Source: Chloroflexota bacterium
GTDB lineage: Bacteria; Chloroflexota; UBA5177
NCBI GenBank assembly: GCA_035295425.1
Contig: DATGJB010000055.1
Span: 33,698 to 97,697 of the forward strand
Reading direction: 5' to 3'
Length of the DNA stretch: 64,000 nucleotides
Below, piece by piece: positions 45,490 through 54,883 of this stretch. The notes below the pieces were generated by a model. The model made no database searches. It had not been told where the DNA came from and saw nothing but the letters and a program-made list of their open reading frames with translations. Made by a program: the position numbers and the translations under genes. Each line of letters starts with the position of its first letter. Position 1 is the stretch's first letter.

Positions 45490-46505
45490 GCCACTTCTCC
45501 GGGAGCAAGCATGGTCTCCGCGGCGGCCAGCACGCGGTCCGGCTCGATCCAGCCGCCTCGATTCGTCCCATCGCTGACGATCAGGTGCCGGGTACGGTCG
45601 AGTGGCCCCCACTGTCCGCCGGAGCGGCGGAAGATGCGAATGCTCGGCGTGCCCACGGCTTCCGCCAGATGCGATGGTCCGGAGTCATTGCCGATGAAGA
45701 GATCGCTGCACTTGATCAGCGCCGCCAGACCGCCCAGTGAGGTGTGGCCGCTTACATCGATGGCCGGGTAGCGCATTCCCGCCACGACTGCCGCGGCGAT
45801 CGCCTGCTCATCCGCACCGCCGGCCACAACGATGCGAGCGTGGAGCCGGCGCACCAGTCCGTCGGCCAGCGCGGCGAAGCGCGCCGGTGGCCAGCGCCGG
45901 ACCGGATCTTTCGATCCGGGGTGGATCGTGACGAGCGGTCCAGAGCGGTCCTGCAGAGGGGAGAGGAGCCGGTGCGCCTCTACCCGGTCCTCGAAGGAGA
46001 CCGGAAACTCGAGTTTCAGGTCCGCCGCGGGAGGAGGGGGACAGCCCAGGAGGCGGGCGAGTCCGAGATTGCGCGCGACCTCATGCTGCTCGTCGGGATA
46101 GGGGGCGGCAGGTTCCAGGCCCTGTGGCGGACGTCCGTGGTAGTAGCCTGCCGTGTGCCGGCCGCCCAGAGCCAGGGCACAGGGGTTGCTCTGTTCGCCG
46201 CTGCCGTGCATCTGAACCACGAGGTCGTAGCGATACCGCCGCTGCTCCTCGACAAAGGCGGTACTGCGCCACGCCGGAAGCTCGACATCCTTCAGACCGG
46301 GATAGCCGCCGAACTCGACGAATCGATCGAAGTACTGGTCGAAGCGGCGGACGAAGGAGCGCGCCCAGGGCAGGCCGATCAGGGTGATCTCGGCGTTGGG
46401 GAATCCGGCCCGCAGCGACCGGAAGGCGGGCACGGCCACTAGCAGATCGCCGAGAAAGAGAGCGCGCAGCACGGCGAGCCTTCGGATACCGTTCGGCTCG
46501 GCCAT
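45486..46505 (-). CDS. GT9-family glycosyltransferase (heptosyltransferase-like)
   Basis: ATG 46505 with a GGAGGG RBS; GT9 features (RALFLGDLL, IGNDSGPSHLAEAVGTPSI). Confidence 0.8.
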   Translation of the reverse strand: MAEPNGIRRLAVLRALFLGDLLVAVPAFRSLRAGFPNAEITLIGLPWARSFVRRFDQYFDRFVEFGGYPGLKDVELPAWRSTAFVEEQRRYRYDLVVQMHGSGEQSNPCALALGGRHTAGYYHGRPPQGLEPAAPYPDEQHEVARNLGLARLLGCPPPPAADLKLEFPVSFEDRVEAHRLLSPLQDRSGPLVTIHPGSKDPVRRWPPARFAALADGLVRRLHARIVVAGGADEQAIAAAVVAGMRYPAIDVSGHTSLGGLAALIKCSDLFIGNDSGPSHLAEAVGTPSIRIFRRSGGQWGPLDRTRHLIVSDGTNRGGWIEPDRVLAAAETMLAPGEVA

Positions 46506-47641
46506 CAGCGCCCTCCGACCGAGATCCACCGGTCGGGCGCCGCCGGGGCGGCGAGCTGGGTGGGCCGTGTCTGCGCCAGCAGCGTTGCCGCGGCTTCGAC
46601 GACCGTCTCCGGTGTGACCAGGCGCAGGCACTCGTGTCGGTACGGACAGATACGGGCGTAACAGAGCCGGCAGGGGACGTCGTGGTACAGCTGACGGTGC
46701 GGCACGTGCCACGGACCCCACTGCTCCGGCGGATTGGTGAGAGCGAACAGGGCGACAACCGGCGTCTTCACAGCGGCCGCCACGTGCATGGGGCCGGTGT
46801 TGTTGGTGACAGTGAGATCGGCGGCCTCGACGAGCGCGCAGAAAGTCGGGAAGGGGATCTCGCCCGCCAGGACGTCGGCCGGGTGTCTCATCCGGTGGGC
46901 GATCCGCCGGGCGAGGTGACGCTCGCCATCGGCGCCAGTGAGGAGTACGCGAGCGTCGAGGCGCTCCACCAGCAGGTCGGCGACCTGCGCGTACATCTCC
47001 CAGGGATAGGTGCGAGCCGGCATGCTGCAGCCGGGGTGCAGCACCACGATCGGACCGCGCGCCGTGCCGCTCGACTGCCGCCCGACGAGGAAGCGGGCGG
47101 CGCAGCGGCGTGCCGTCTCCGGTACCTGGAGAACCAGATCGGTGTCGCCGGCGCTGAATCCGACGGCGCCTACCAGGTCGAGTCCCCGCTCGACCTCGTG
47201 CATCATGACCTCCGGGTGGCGGTGGCGGGTGGTGAGGAGCGAGCCGGGCCCGTCGACCGACGCTGCCAGGCGGAGCGGAATGCCGGCCAGGTAGCACAGG
47301 TAGGCGGCGGGCAGGGGGCTTTGCCGGAAGGAGCTGAAGATGATCGCCGCATCGAATCGGCCGGCCCGCAGCGTGCCGACCATCTCCAGCTCGCGCTCGC
47401 TGTTCTGTGGAAGAGTCTGCCAGGGATCCATCCAGGGAGCCTGATAGACGACGACATCGTCGATATCCGGGTTGAGACGGCCCGCCTGCGCCCCGACCGG
47501 GCTGGCCAGGAGGGTGATCTCGACGCGCGGCAGCGACTGCCGGATAGCATGGATGGCCGGTGTCGTGACCAGCACGTCACCCAGGTTGTCGAGGCGCACG
47601 GCCAGGATCCGCTGGGCTGCTTGCCAGCGCCGGTCAATCAT
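46505..47641 (-). CDS. GT9-family glycosyltransferase (heptosyltransferase-like), second copy
   Basis: LGDVLVTTPA, TNNTGPMHVAAAVKTPVV motifs; start overlaps hldE stop. Confidence 0.8.
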   Translation of the reverse strand: MIDRRWQAAQRILAVRLDNLGDVLVTTPAIHAIRQSLPRVEITLLASPVGAQAGRLNPDIDDVVVYQAPWMDPWQTLPQNSERELEMVGTLRAGRFDAAIIFSSFRQSPLPAAYLCYLAGIPLRLAASVDGPGSLLTTRHRHPEVMMHEVERGLDLVGAVGFSAGDTDLVLQVPETARRCAARFLVGRQSSGTARGPIVVLHPGCSMPARTYPWEMYAQVADLLVERLDARVLLTGADGERHLARRIAHRMRHPADVLAGEIPFPTFCALVEAADLTVTNNTGPMHVAAAVKTPVVALFALTNPPEQWGPWHVPHRQLYHDVPCRLCYARICPYRHECLRLVTPETVVEAAATLLAQTRPTQLAAPAAPDRWISVGGR

Positions 47642-49125
47642 CGCCCCACCGCCACGGCGTCACTCCGGGACAGCGTCACGATCCGCTCGATAAGGCTGCT
47701 GGTGCTCACGTCCTCCACCAGCGGCAGGATGATAACTCGCCCGCCGACATCGCGAACCGCCTCGGCTTCCGGCAAGCCGGTATCGGCGTAGTCGCCCCCC
47801 TTGACGTGAATGTGTGGCCGCACCCGGCGAATCAGCTCGGTCGGCGTGTCTTCGTCGAAGAGCACGGCATGATCAACCGAGTCGAGGGCCGCGACCAGCG
47901 CCAGCCGGTCGGCCTCACGGTTGACGGGTCGGTTCTGTCCTTTCAAGCGGCGGGCGCTCCGGTCGCCGTTCACGCCGACTACCAGCACGTCGCCCAGGCT
48001 TCTGGCCTGCCGGAGGAAGCGAACGTGCCCGGCGTGGAGGATATCAAAGACTCCGTTGGTGAAGACGATCGTCCTGCCCTGCAGGCGCAGCCGGCCTAGC
48101 TCGCCGACCAGGGCGTCGACCGGCGGCGGCGCCGGCTGACTCGTCAGGCTGATCCGCTGCAAGAGCTCACCCTGGCGAACCACCGCGGTGCGTCGCTTGG
48201 TCACGGCGATGCCGGCGGCGTCGATCCCAATTCTCGTGGCGTCGACCGGTGGGGCACCGGCGGCAAGCGCGAGCGCCGTTGCCGCGGCAAATGAATCGCC
48301 CGCTCCAACATCGCTGGCGCGTGTGACCGGATGAGCCGGCAGGTGGGTAACGGTACCGGCCCGCTCGACGAGCATCACGCCGTCGCCGGCCATCGTTATC
48401 GCCGCGTGATCGGCGTCGACAAGGTCGAGCAGCCGTCTCCCCACCCACTCGATCCGATCGCGATTGGGCTGATCGTCGACTGATGTCGGCTCGACGGCCA
48501 GCTGCGCCTCGGTGTGGTTGGGCGTGATCATGGTGGCGCGCGCGGAGCGGAAGCGCCGCGGCGTCTTCGGGTCGACGAGCAGCGGGCGTGGCGAGCCGGC
48601 CCGCAGCGACGCAAGCCGGTCGAGCATCGCATCGGATACCACACCGTACCCGTAGTCGGAGACGACCACGACGTCACAGCGGCGGTATGCGTCCTCAAGG
48701 TGGTGTAGCAGAATCTCCTGGGTGGCCGGCGACGAGTGGTGTGTGTCCCCGCAGTCGAAGCGGACGACGTACTGGTCGTCGGCCAGGATCCGTAGTTTCT
48801 GGAGCGTGACGGCGCTGTCCTCCTCGACCAGCCAGCGATCGTCCACGCCGGCAGCGGTCAGAGCTTGGCGCAGCGCCGTCGCCGCGGAGTCCCGCCCCAG
48901 CAGGCCGAGGTACATGACCTCGGCGCCGAGCGCGCCGACGTTGGCCGCGGTGTTGGCCGCCCCGCCCGGCACCTGTTCCTCGGCAGTTCTCCGTACCACC
49001 GGTACGGGGCCCTCCCGGCACAGGCGCGACGCCGTGCCTTCCAGATAGGTGTCCAGCATGGCGTCGCCAATCACCAGCACCCGAAGCGACCGGAAGGCCC
49101 GAACGATCTCGACCGAAGCCGTCAT
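47638..49125 (-). CDS. hldE: Bifunctional D-beta-D-heptose 7-phosphate kinase / D-beta-D-heptose 1-phosphate adenylyltransferase
   Basis: N-terminal pfkB/ribokinase-like domain (DVGAGDSF) plus C-terminal cytidylyltransferase domain (FTNGVFDILHAGHVRFL). Confidence 0.85.
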   Translation of the reverse strand: MTASVEIVRAFRSLRVLVIGDAMLDTYLEGTASRLCREGPVPVVRRTAEEQVPGGAANTAANVGALGAEVMYLGLLGRDSAATALRQALTAAGVDDRWLVEEDSAVTLQKLRILADDQYVVRFDCGDTHHSSPATQEILLHHLEDAYRRCDVVVVSDYGYGVVSDAMLDRLASLRAGSPRPLLVDPKTPRRFRSARATMITPNHTEAQLAVEPTSVDDQPNRDRIEWVGRRLLDLVDADHAAITMAGDGVMLVERAGTVTHLPAHPVTRASDVGAGDSFAAATALALAAGAPPVDATRIGIDAAGIAVTKRRTAVVRQGELLQRISLTSQPAPPPVDALVGELGRLRLQGRTIVFTNGVFDILHAGHVRFLRQARSLGDVLVVGVNGDRSARRLKGQNRPVNREADRLALVAALDSVDHAVLFDEDTPTELIRRVRPHIHVKGGDYADTGLPEAEAVRDVGGRVIILPLVEDVSTSSLIERIVTLSRSDAVAVGR

Positions 49126-49757
49126 GCCCCCAACCTCAGGGCCGGCGATTGTTCTCGCCAGGCACGGGGAACGTAGTCTCGTTCGGCCGCCGGACACAGC
49201 CCCTCATCCGCTTCGACGATGGCGAGGGCGTGGGGGGTATCGCGCGCCACGTAGTGGGGAGCCCGCCTCGGCGACTCCGGCCGGAACTCCGTGCCGAGGT
49301 CGACCAGCACGGTTCGACAACCGGCGCGGTTTCCCGCCTCGACGTCGTCGAGGATGTCGCCGACCAGCCAGGAGCCACGGAGAGAGAGGCCGAGCTCGGA
49401 GGCAGCCTGCAGAATCATGCCGGGCCGCGGTTTGCGGCACTCACACTCCACGGCCAGCTCCGGCACCACACCGTCGCGGTGGTGTGGGCAGAAGTAGATC
49501 CCGTCCAGCCGGACGCCGCCTGACAGAAGCTCTCGACGCAAATGGCGATGCATGGCGTCGAGCTCCGCGACGCCGAAATACCCGCGCGCTATGCCGGCCT
49601 GGTTCGTCACCACGACGAGCGCAAATCCCGCCTCCTGCAGCCGGCGCAGCGGCGGACCGATCCTCTCGCAGAGCACCAGCTCCTCGGGGTGCGATGGGTA
49701 GTGTCGTGGCTGCACCAACGTGCCATCGCGATCCAGAAAGATCGCGCGCCGTCTCAC
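49122..49757 (-). CDS. gmhB: D-glycero-D-manno-heptose 1,7-bisphosphate phosphatase (HAD family)
   Basis: FLDRDGTL HAD motif I, VVTNQAGIARG; proposed GTG start overlapping the gmhA stop (GTGA) with a GGGAGG RBS. Confidence 0.75.
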   Translation of the reverse strand: MRRRAIFLDRDGTLVQPRHYPSHPEELVLCERIGPPLRRLQEAGFALVVVTNQAGIARGYFGVAELDAMHRHLRRELLSGGVRLDGIYFCPHHRDGVVPELAVECECRKPRPGMILQAASELGLSLRGSWLVGDILDDVEAGNRAGCRTVLVDLGTEFRPESPRRAPHYVARDTPHALAIVEADEGLCPAAERDYVPRAWREQSPALRLGA

Positions 49758-50383
49758 CCCGACGCCTCCCGTGCCAGCTCCTGCTCGGCGAGATCGCACA
49801 GGAGATGCGTGATTGCCATGTGGAGCTCCTGAACGACCGCTGTGTCCGTGACCGCCGCCCGAACGGTGACGTCGGCGGCGCGCTCCAGGCGGCTCGCTCG
49901 CTTTCCCGTCACTCCGATCACCGACATCCCGCGCTGCCGCGCGGTCTCCGCCGCACGCACCAGGTTCTCCGACTCGCCGCTCGTACTGAATGCAATCAGC
50001 AGATCGCCCGGCCGGCCATGTGCCCGGATCTGACGGGCGAACACCTGCTCATAGCCGTAGTCATTGGCCACCGCGGTGAGGACCGAAGAGTCGGTTGAGA
50101 GCGCCAGAACCGGATATGGCTCGCGCTCGCGTCTGAAACGTCCGACCAGCTCGGCGGCGAAGTGCTGCGCCTCGGCGGCGCTGCCGCCGTTTCCCGCGGC
50201 CAGCACCGCGTGGCCCGAGCGGAGGGTGGAGACCAGCAGCGTCGCGGCGTGGCTCAATGCCGCCGGGTGCTGCTGCAGGTCGGCCAGGGCGAAGCTGAGG
50301 CTGACGCGGCGCTGTGAGAGTTGCGTCGCCAGAATGTCCTCGTAGGCCGGAGCCGCCGGAACCATCTCGGCCGTCTTCGTCAT
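49754..50383 (-). CDS. gmhA: SIS-domain phosphoheptose isomerase (GmhA), copy 2 (first gene of the operon)
   Basis: ATG 50383 with a GGGGAG RBS; AAGNGGSAAEAQHFAAEL, AFSTSGESEN. Confidence 0.8.
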   Translation of the reverse strand: MTKTAEMVPAAPAYEDILATQLSQRRVSLSFALADLQQHPAALSHAATLLVSTLRSGHAVLAAGNGGSAAEAQHFAAELVGRFRREREPYPVLALSTDSSVLTAVANDYGYEQVFARQIRAHGRPGDLLIAFSTSGESENLVRAAETARQRGMSVIGVTGKRASRLERAADVTVRAAVTDTAVVQELHMAITHLLCDLAEQELAREASG

Positions 50384-50803
50384 ACCCGGTCTCCCCAAAT
50401 CTATGGCCTTGTGCTCGCAGCGGCACAACATGTTGTGTTGTCTACGCTGATTGCCGTTGAACGTCTACTTTCATCGTAGGGGCGCTTCTCGGTTCAATCA
50501 TTGGGCAGGTGCACGAAGCTTCAGGACGGAAGCGGCTCGCTATTGTGCAACTGCTGCACGCCGTGGTGCGACGACATGAGCCACCGTCTGGCCGTCTGCA
50601 CAATGGTGAAGGTCTCTGGCTCGCGGCCGAACGGAACGGCGCGCCGGCGCCGAGAGCGTGCCGCCGCTGCCTATGGCTAGCCCTCGGATCTCGCCGGCGG
50701 CAGGGGACCAATGTCTCCCCGCCAATAGGGCCCTGGGAGGTTGTCAGGAACCGCACGGTGTGGTTTGCTACATCCCAATTGGCACTGGCGCGACAGGAGT
50801 GCG

Positions 50804-51733
50804 ATGAGCTCAGACGTGACGACTCTGGCTACAGTGGGTGCCGGCACGCCGGTGGATCCCGTGGCCTCTCGCCGTCCAGCTGGGTTGCGCCGGGTGCGAC
50901 GCGCGCTGGCGCTTGGACTTGGCCCCACCGGTTTGCTCGGCGCAGCCGCGCTGATCTGGCTCGCAACCGGTCCCAACCCGGTTTCGAGTCGTGTTCTTGG
51001 AATTCCCAACGTCTCCCTCGGGACGTTGCCCGCTTCCGCCTCGGTCATGCTTTCCTCAAGCGTCGGTGTATTCCACCCGCGAGCTGTCGTCGTGGCCCGC
51101 GGAGGCACGGTGAGGTTCCGAAACGATGGTGGCAATCCCCTGACCATCCGCTCCGCGGCGGGCTCGCCGGCTTCCTTTCTATTGCGCCTCCCGGCACACG
51201 GATCTGCCTCCGTCAGGCTCAACCGGCTCGGTCTCTACCACTACTTCGACTCCAGCGCTTCCCGTCCGCTGCGGATGGTTGCGGGGAACGAGGTACTGCG
51301 CAGCACGGTGCCGAACCGGCCACCGCGCGAGGGCTGGATAGCGGTCATACCGGCGATGCCCGGCCTCAGCGCCCGTCTTGCCGTGCCGCAGGGGAATGAT
51401 CTGTTCGCTCCCAAAGCGCTGGTGACCGTGGTGGGAGCGCACGTCGTCGTGGTCAACCACGATTCCGATACCCATAACTTCGTCATCGATCCGGCCTCGC
51501 CCAGCGGCGCCGCCTTCATGATCGAGGGAAGCTCCCAGGAGCCGCCGAGCGGCTGGCAGCGCGTACTGGTTGTCCAGCAGGCCGGGCTCTACCACGTGTA
51601 CTGCACCATGCATACGCGTGTCGTCGACACGCTCGACGGCTGGCGTGTCGTGACGGCGCGGCCCGCCGCGTCCGGCTATCGCGACCACAACCCGATGGAG
51701 GCCTGGATCATTGCGCTGCCGGCAACGAGCTAG
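50804..51733 (+). CDS. Membrane-anchored protein with cupredoxin-like C-terminal domain
   Basis: ATG 50804 with an AGGAG RBS; N-terminal TM; HNFV...YHVYCTMH type-1-copper-like ligand arrangement. Confidence 0.45.
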   Translation: MSSDVTTLATVGAGTPVDPVASRRPAGLRRVRRALALGLGPTGLLGAAALIWLATGPNPVSSRVLGIPNVSLGTLPASASVMLSSSVGVFHPRAVVVARGGTVRFRNDGGNPLTIRSAAGSPASFLLRLPAHGSASVRLNRLGLYHYFDSSASRPLRMVAGNEVLRSTVPNRPPREGWIAVIPAMPGLSARLAVPQGNDLFAPKALVTVVGAHVVVVNHDSDTHNFVIDPASPSGAAFMIEGSSQEPPSGWQRVLVVQQAGLYHVYCTMHTRVVDTLDGWRVVTARPAASGYRDHNPMEAWIIALPATS

Positions 51734-51754
51734 CACAACCGGGGAGGATCGCAC

Positions 51755-53908
51755 GTGACCCTGTCGCTGCGGGGAAGTGTGCTCGGCGCCTTCTGTCTCC
51801 TGATCGGCGCGCTCTGTCTGGTCGGGTCGCTCGCCGTCAACGCCTCGGTGCGTTCGGCGCAGCAGGCCTCGACGTTCGAGCAGGGAAGCGTTGTCCCGGT
51901 GGTTGGACTGAGCGCGCTGACTCAGAACGTTGACCAGGAGCGCGACCTGCTCAACGCCGATATCACACATATGAAACCCGATCGCCGCCGTGCCATCGAG
52001 GACGAGCTGCAGAGTCTGGACCTCAGCACGGCGCGGTCGGCCTCACGGATCCTCCTGCCGGCGGAGCGTCCGCCCTGGCAGGCTGCCTGGGACCGCTACG
52101 TCGGCGTTCGGACGCTGTTCATGCGGCGGTTGCTTGCCGGCTCCGTCCGCTCCGTGTCTCCGGCGCTGCGCACCAGTCTGTCGGATCGACTGGCTGCCGT
52201 CCTCGACGTGCTGCAGAGCGACGCCGGAACGCACCTGTACCAGGGACAGCGCCTCTACGTCAGCTCGGTCGCACGTGACTGGATGCTCATCCGCCTTACC
52301 GGCCTGGGTGTCGGCGTCGCAATCCTGCTCGCCTTTGGATTCGCCGTGCTGATCGTGCGGCGCCTGACAGCCGGTCTGCGCAATCTGACGCGCACCGCCG
52401 TGGCGATCACCCAGGGCAATCTCGAGCTGCGGGCCGAGGCCACGGGGCACGATGAGCTGGCGGTGGTGGCGCGAACCTTCAATCACATGACGGATGCGCT
52501 CCTCCAGCTCGAGCGGACGGCGCTGACCGACCCGCTGACCGGCCTGGGGAACCACCGTGCCTTTCACGAGGAGTTTCAACGCGAGCTGGCCCGGGCAGCG
52601 CGCCACGGACAGCGACTGTCCATGGCGCTCATCGATCTCGATGACTTCAAACTGGTCAACGATAAGCACGGGCACGCGCACGGCGATCAGGTTCTGGCTG
52701 CCTTTGCCGCCTGTCTGCGGCGGACTCGGGTCGAGGACCGGCCGTTCCGCATCGGCGGCGATGAGTTTGCACTCCTCCTCCCCTATGCCTCGGCCAGCGA
52801 GGCGGAGACCCTGCTGGAGCGGCTGCGCCAGACGGTCGAGACCACGCTTCCCGGCGTCACCGTCAGCATTGGCATCGCGGAGCTGGACGAAGAGGTGGAA
52901 GACGCTGAAACGCTCCGCGAGCAGGCGGACGCGGCGTTGTACGAGTCGAAGCGGCGTGGCCGGAACACGATCGTCGGCTTCGACAGCATTCGCGCGCACG
53001 CCTCGATCGTGTCGCCGGCGAAGCTCCACGCCGTGCGCCGGCTGATCGCGGACCGGTCTTTCGCGTTTGCCTTCCAGCCGATCATGGAGCTGGAGTCGGG
53101 GAACATCCTCGGTTACGAAGCGCTGATGCGTCCCCAGCGCGAAAGCGGTCTCTCGAGTCCGCAAGAGGTCTTCGACATCGCCGAGAAGCTGGGCCGTGCT
53201 CCGGAGCTCGATCGCCTGTGCTTCCAGGCCATTCTCGCCCGGGCCGGCGAGCTACCCGCCGGCACGCTCCTCTTCATCAATCTCTCGCCACAGTCGCTCG
53301 ACCACGGGGCGTTCAGCAGTAGCGACCTCCTCGCCACGCTACAGGCGGCCGGGATGTCGCCGTCCCGCATTGTCTTCGAGATCACCGAGCGCTCGGTGGC
53401 GCGAGCCGACATCGTGGTTCGGGAGGCACGGCGGCTGCACGAGCTGGGCTTTCTGCTGGCGCTCGACGATGTCGGGGCCGGCAATGCGGGGCTCGATATG
53501 CTGCGTCGCGTCACGGTCGATTTCGTCAAAATCGATCGGAGCGTCATCGCTCAGGCGCTCATCGACGACTCCGCCGCGGCGGTTCTGTCCGGCATCATCG
53601 CGTTCGCCCGGCACGCCCGGACCTTTGTCATCGCCGAGGGCATCGAGACCCGCGCGATGCTCGACATCATCCGTGAGGCCGGGATGCCCGACCCCGCGAC
53701 GCAGGGTGGAGTGCAGGGAGTCCAGGGCTACCTGTTCGGGCGACCGAGTGAGGTCATCGTGGATCGCCTGCCCGACGATGCGCTCCCGAGGACTGATATC
53801 CACGAGGAGCAGGTCCAGCCGGGTGATGGCGTCGTGGTCCCGTTCGGCGAGCTGAAGGCCCGGCAGCGGGCCGACGCGGCGCCGGCCCAACGTGAGGAGG
53901 CGGGATGA
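51755..53908 (+). CDS. Membrane sensor with HAMP, GGDEF and EAL domains (diguanylate cyclase/phosphodiesterase)
   Basis: GTG start with a GGGGAGGA RBS; RIGGDEF and EALMR motifs; two TM segments flanking a periplasmic domain. Confidence 0.85.
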   Translation: MTLSLRGSVLGAFCLLIGALCLVGSLAVNASVRSAQQASTFEQGSVVPVVGLSALTQNVDQERDLLNADITHMKPDRRRAIEDELQSLDLSTARSASRILLPAERPPWQAAWDRYVGVRTLFMRRLLAGSVRSVSPALRTSLSDRLAAVLDVLQSDAGTHLYQGQRLYVSSVARDWMLIRLTGLGVGVAILLAFGFAVLIVRRLTAGLRNLTRTAVAITQGNLELRAEATGHDELAVVARTFNHMTDALLQLERTALTDPLTGLGNHRAFHEEFQRELARAARHGQRLSMALIDLDDFKLVNDKHGHAHGDQVLAAFAACLRRTRVEDRPFRIGGDEFALLLPYASASEAETLLERLRQTVETTLPGVTVSIGIAELDEEVEDAETLREQADAALYESKRRGRNTIVGFDSIRAHASIVSPAKLHAVRRLIADRSFAFAFQPIMELESGNILGYEALMRPQRESGLSSPQEVFDIAEKLGRAPELDRLCFQAILARAGELPAGTLLFINLSPQSLDHGAFSSSDLLATLQAAGMSPSRIVFEITERSVARADIVVREARRLHELGFLLALDDVGAGNAGLDMLRRVTVDFVKIDRSVIAQALIDDSAAAVLSGIIAFARHARTFVIAEGIETRAMLDIIREAGMPDPATQGGVQGVQGYLFGRPSEVIVDRLPDDALPRTDIHEEQVQPGDGVVVPFGELKARQRADAAPAQREEAG

Positions 53909-54023
53909 CCGACATGGCTCGCCCGGCGTAAAGAACGGGAGTAGAAACGGCCGCGCGGCCGCCGTGACTCGCCCTGGCAGTGCCGATAGCACCGGATGCC
54001 CACCTATAGTGGGGCATGCGACG

Positions 54024-54767
54024 ATGCCATCCGGCACTCTCTCCCTCCGCCTGGGCGCCATGATGGACCGGTCACAGCAGACGAGCGAGCAGCACGCCCA
54101 TCCCAGCGAGCTGATCGGCGAGGTGGTGCTCGGTCTGAACGACGGCATTGTCACCACGCTGGTCTTCGCCCTCTCCGTGGCCGGCGCGAGCGCCGGCGCC
54201 TACCGGGCAGTCGTCGTCGCCGGACTGGCGGAGATGATGGCGGGTGGGGTGTCAATGTTCCTGGGAGGCTACACCGCGGCGCGGGCCGTCGCCGAGGCCT
54301 ACGAGTTTCAGGTGAGCGTCGAGCGGCACGAGATCGAGCAGGAGCCGGAGGAGGAGCGAGCCGAGATTCGGCGGATGTACCGGGACCGCGGGTTCGGAGG
54401 GCCGCTGCTTGACGCCATCGTACGCCACATCACGGCGGACAACGAACGCTGGCTGCAGGTGATGGTGCGCGACGAGCTGGGTGCGCCGCCGCACGAGGGT
54501 CCGTCTCCCTGGCATTCGGGCCTGGCGGTCGGGCTCGCCTTCATGGTGGGAGCGCTTGTCCCCATCCTGCCCTTCCTTGCACATCTGGGGTTGGCCCGGA
54601 TCCTGGCCGCCATCGTCTCGGTCGCGGCGCTCGCCCTGACCGGCGCCTTTCGCTCGCGCTACAGCCGGAAATCGCCCTGGCGGAGCGCCGGCGAGATGAT
54701 CGCGGTGGGGGCGCTGGGAGCAGCCGCCGGTGTGCTGATCGGGGAGGCGCTGGCGCGCATTCCGTGA
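54024..54767 (+). CDS. VIT1/CCC1-family iron/manganese transporter
   Basis: LGLNDGIVTT motif, five TM helices; start ambiguous (53892, 54024 or 54060). Confidence 0.75.
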   Translation: MPSGTLSLRLGAMMDRSQQTSEQHAHPSELIGEVVLGLNDGIVTTLVFALSVAGASAGAYRAVVVAGLAEMMAGGVSMFLGGYTAARAVAEAYEFQVSVERHEIEQEPEEERAEIRRMYRDRGFGGPLLDAIVRHITADNERWLQVMVRDELGAPPHEGPSPWHSGLAVGLAFMVGALVPILPFLAHLGLARILAAIVSVAALALTGAFRSRYSRKSPWRSAGEMIAVGALGAAAGVLIGEALARIP

Positions 54768-54883
54768 GGGAGCGCGGTACCGTCCGGTGATGCGTTGCCG
54801 GGAGCTCCCGCCGCCGGGCAGCCCGGCGAGTGGAGGCACCGGGTACACGACTCTCCCGGATGAGAACGGCGCCCAGCGCCATC

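Noticed and set aside
45486-47297. 603-aa ORF extending upstream of the GT9 gene
   Set aside because: The upstream 264 codons are Arg/Pro/Gly-rich and overlap the next GT9 gene. ATG 46505 with a GGAGGG RBS gives a normal-length GT9 protein.
44470-47791. Plus-strand ORFs 44470..45408, 45744..46442 and 46634..47791
   Set aside because: All are antisense to the glycosyltransferase and hldE genes of the tightly coupled minus-strand operon. They have no motifs.
52043-53164. 373-aa minus-strand ORF
   Set aside because: Antisense to the GGDEF-EAL gene.
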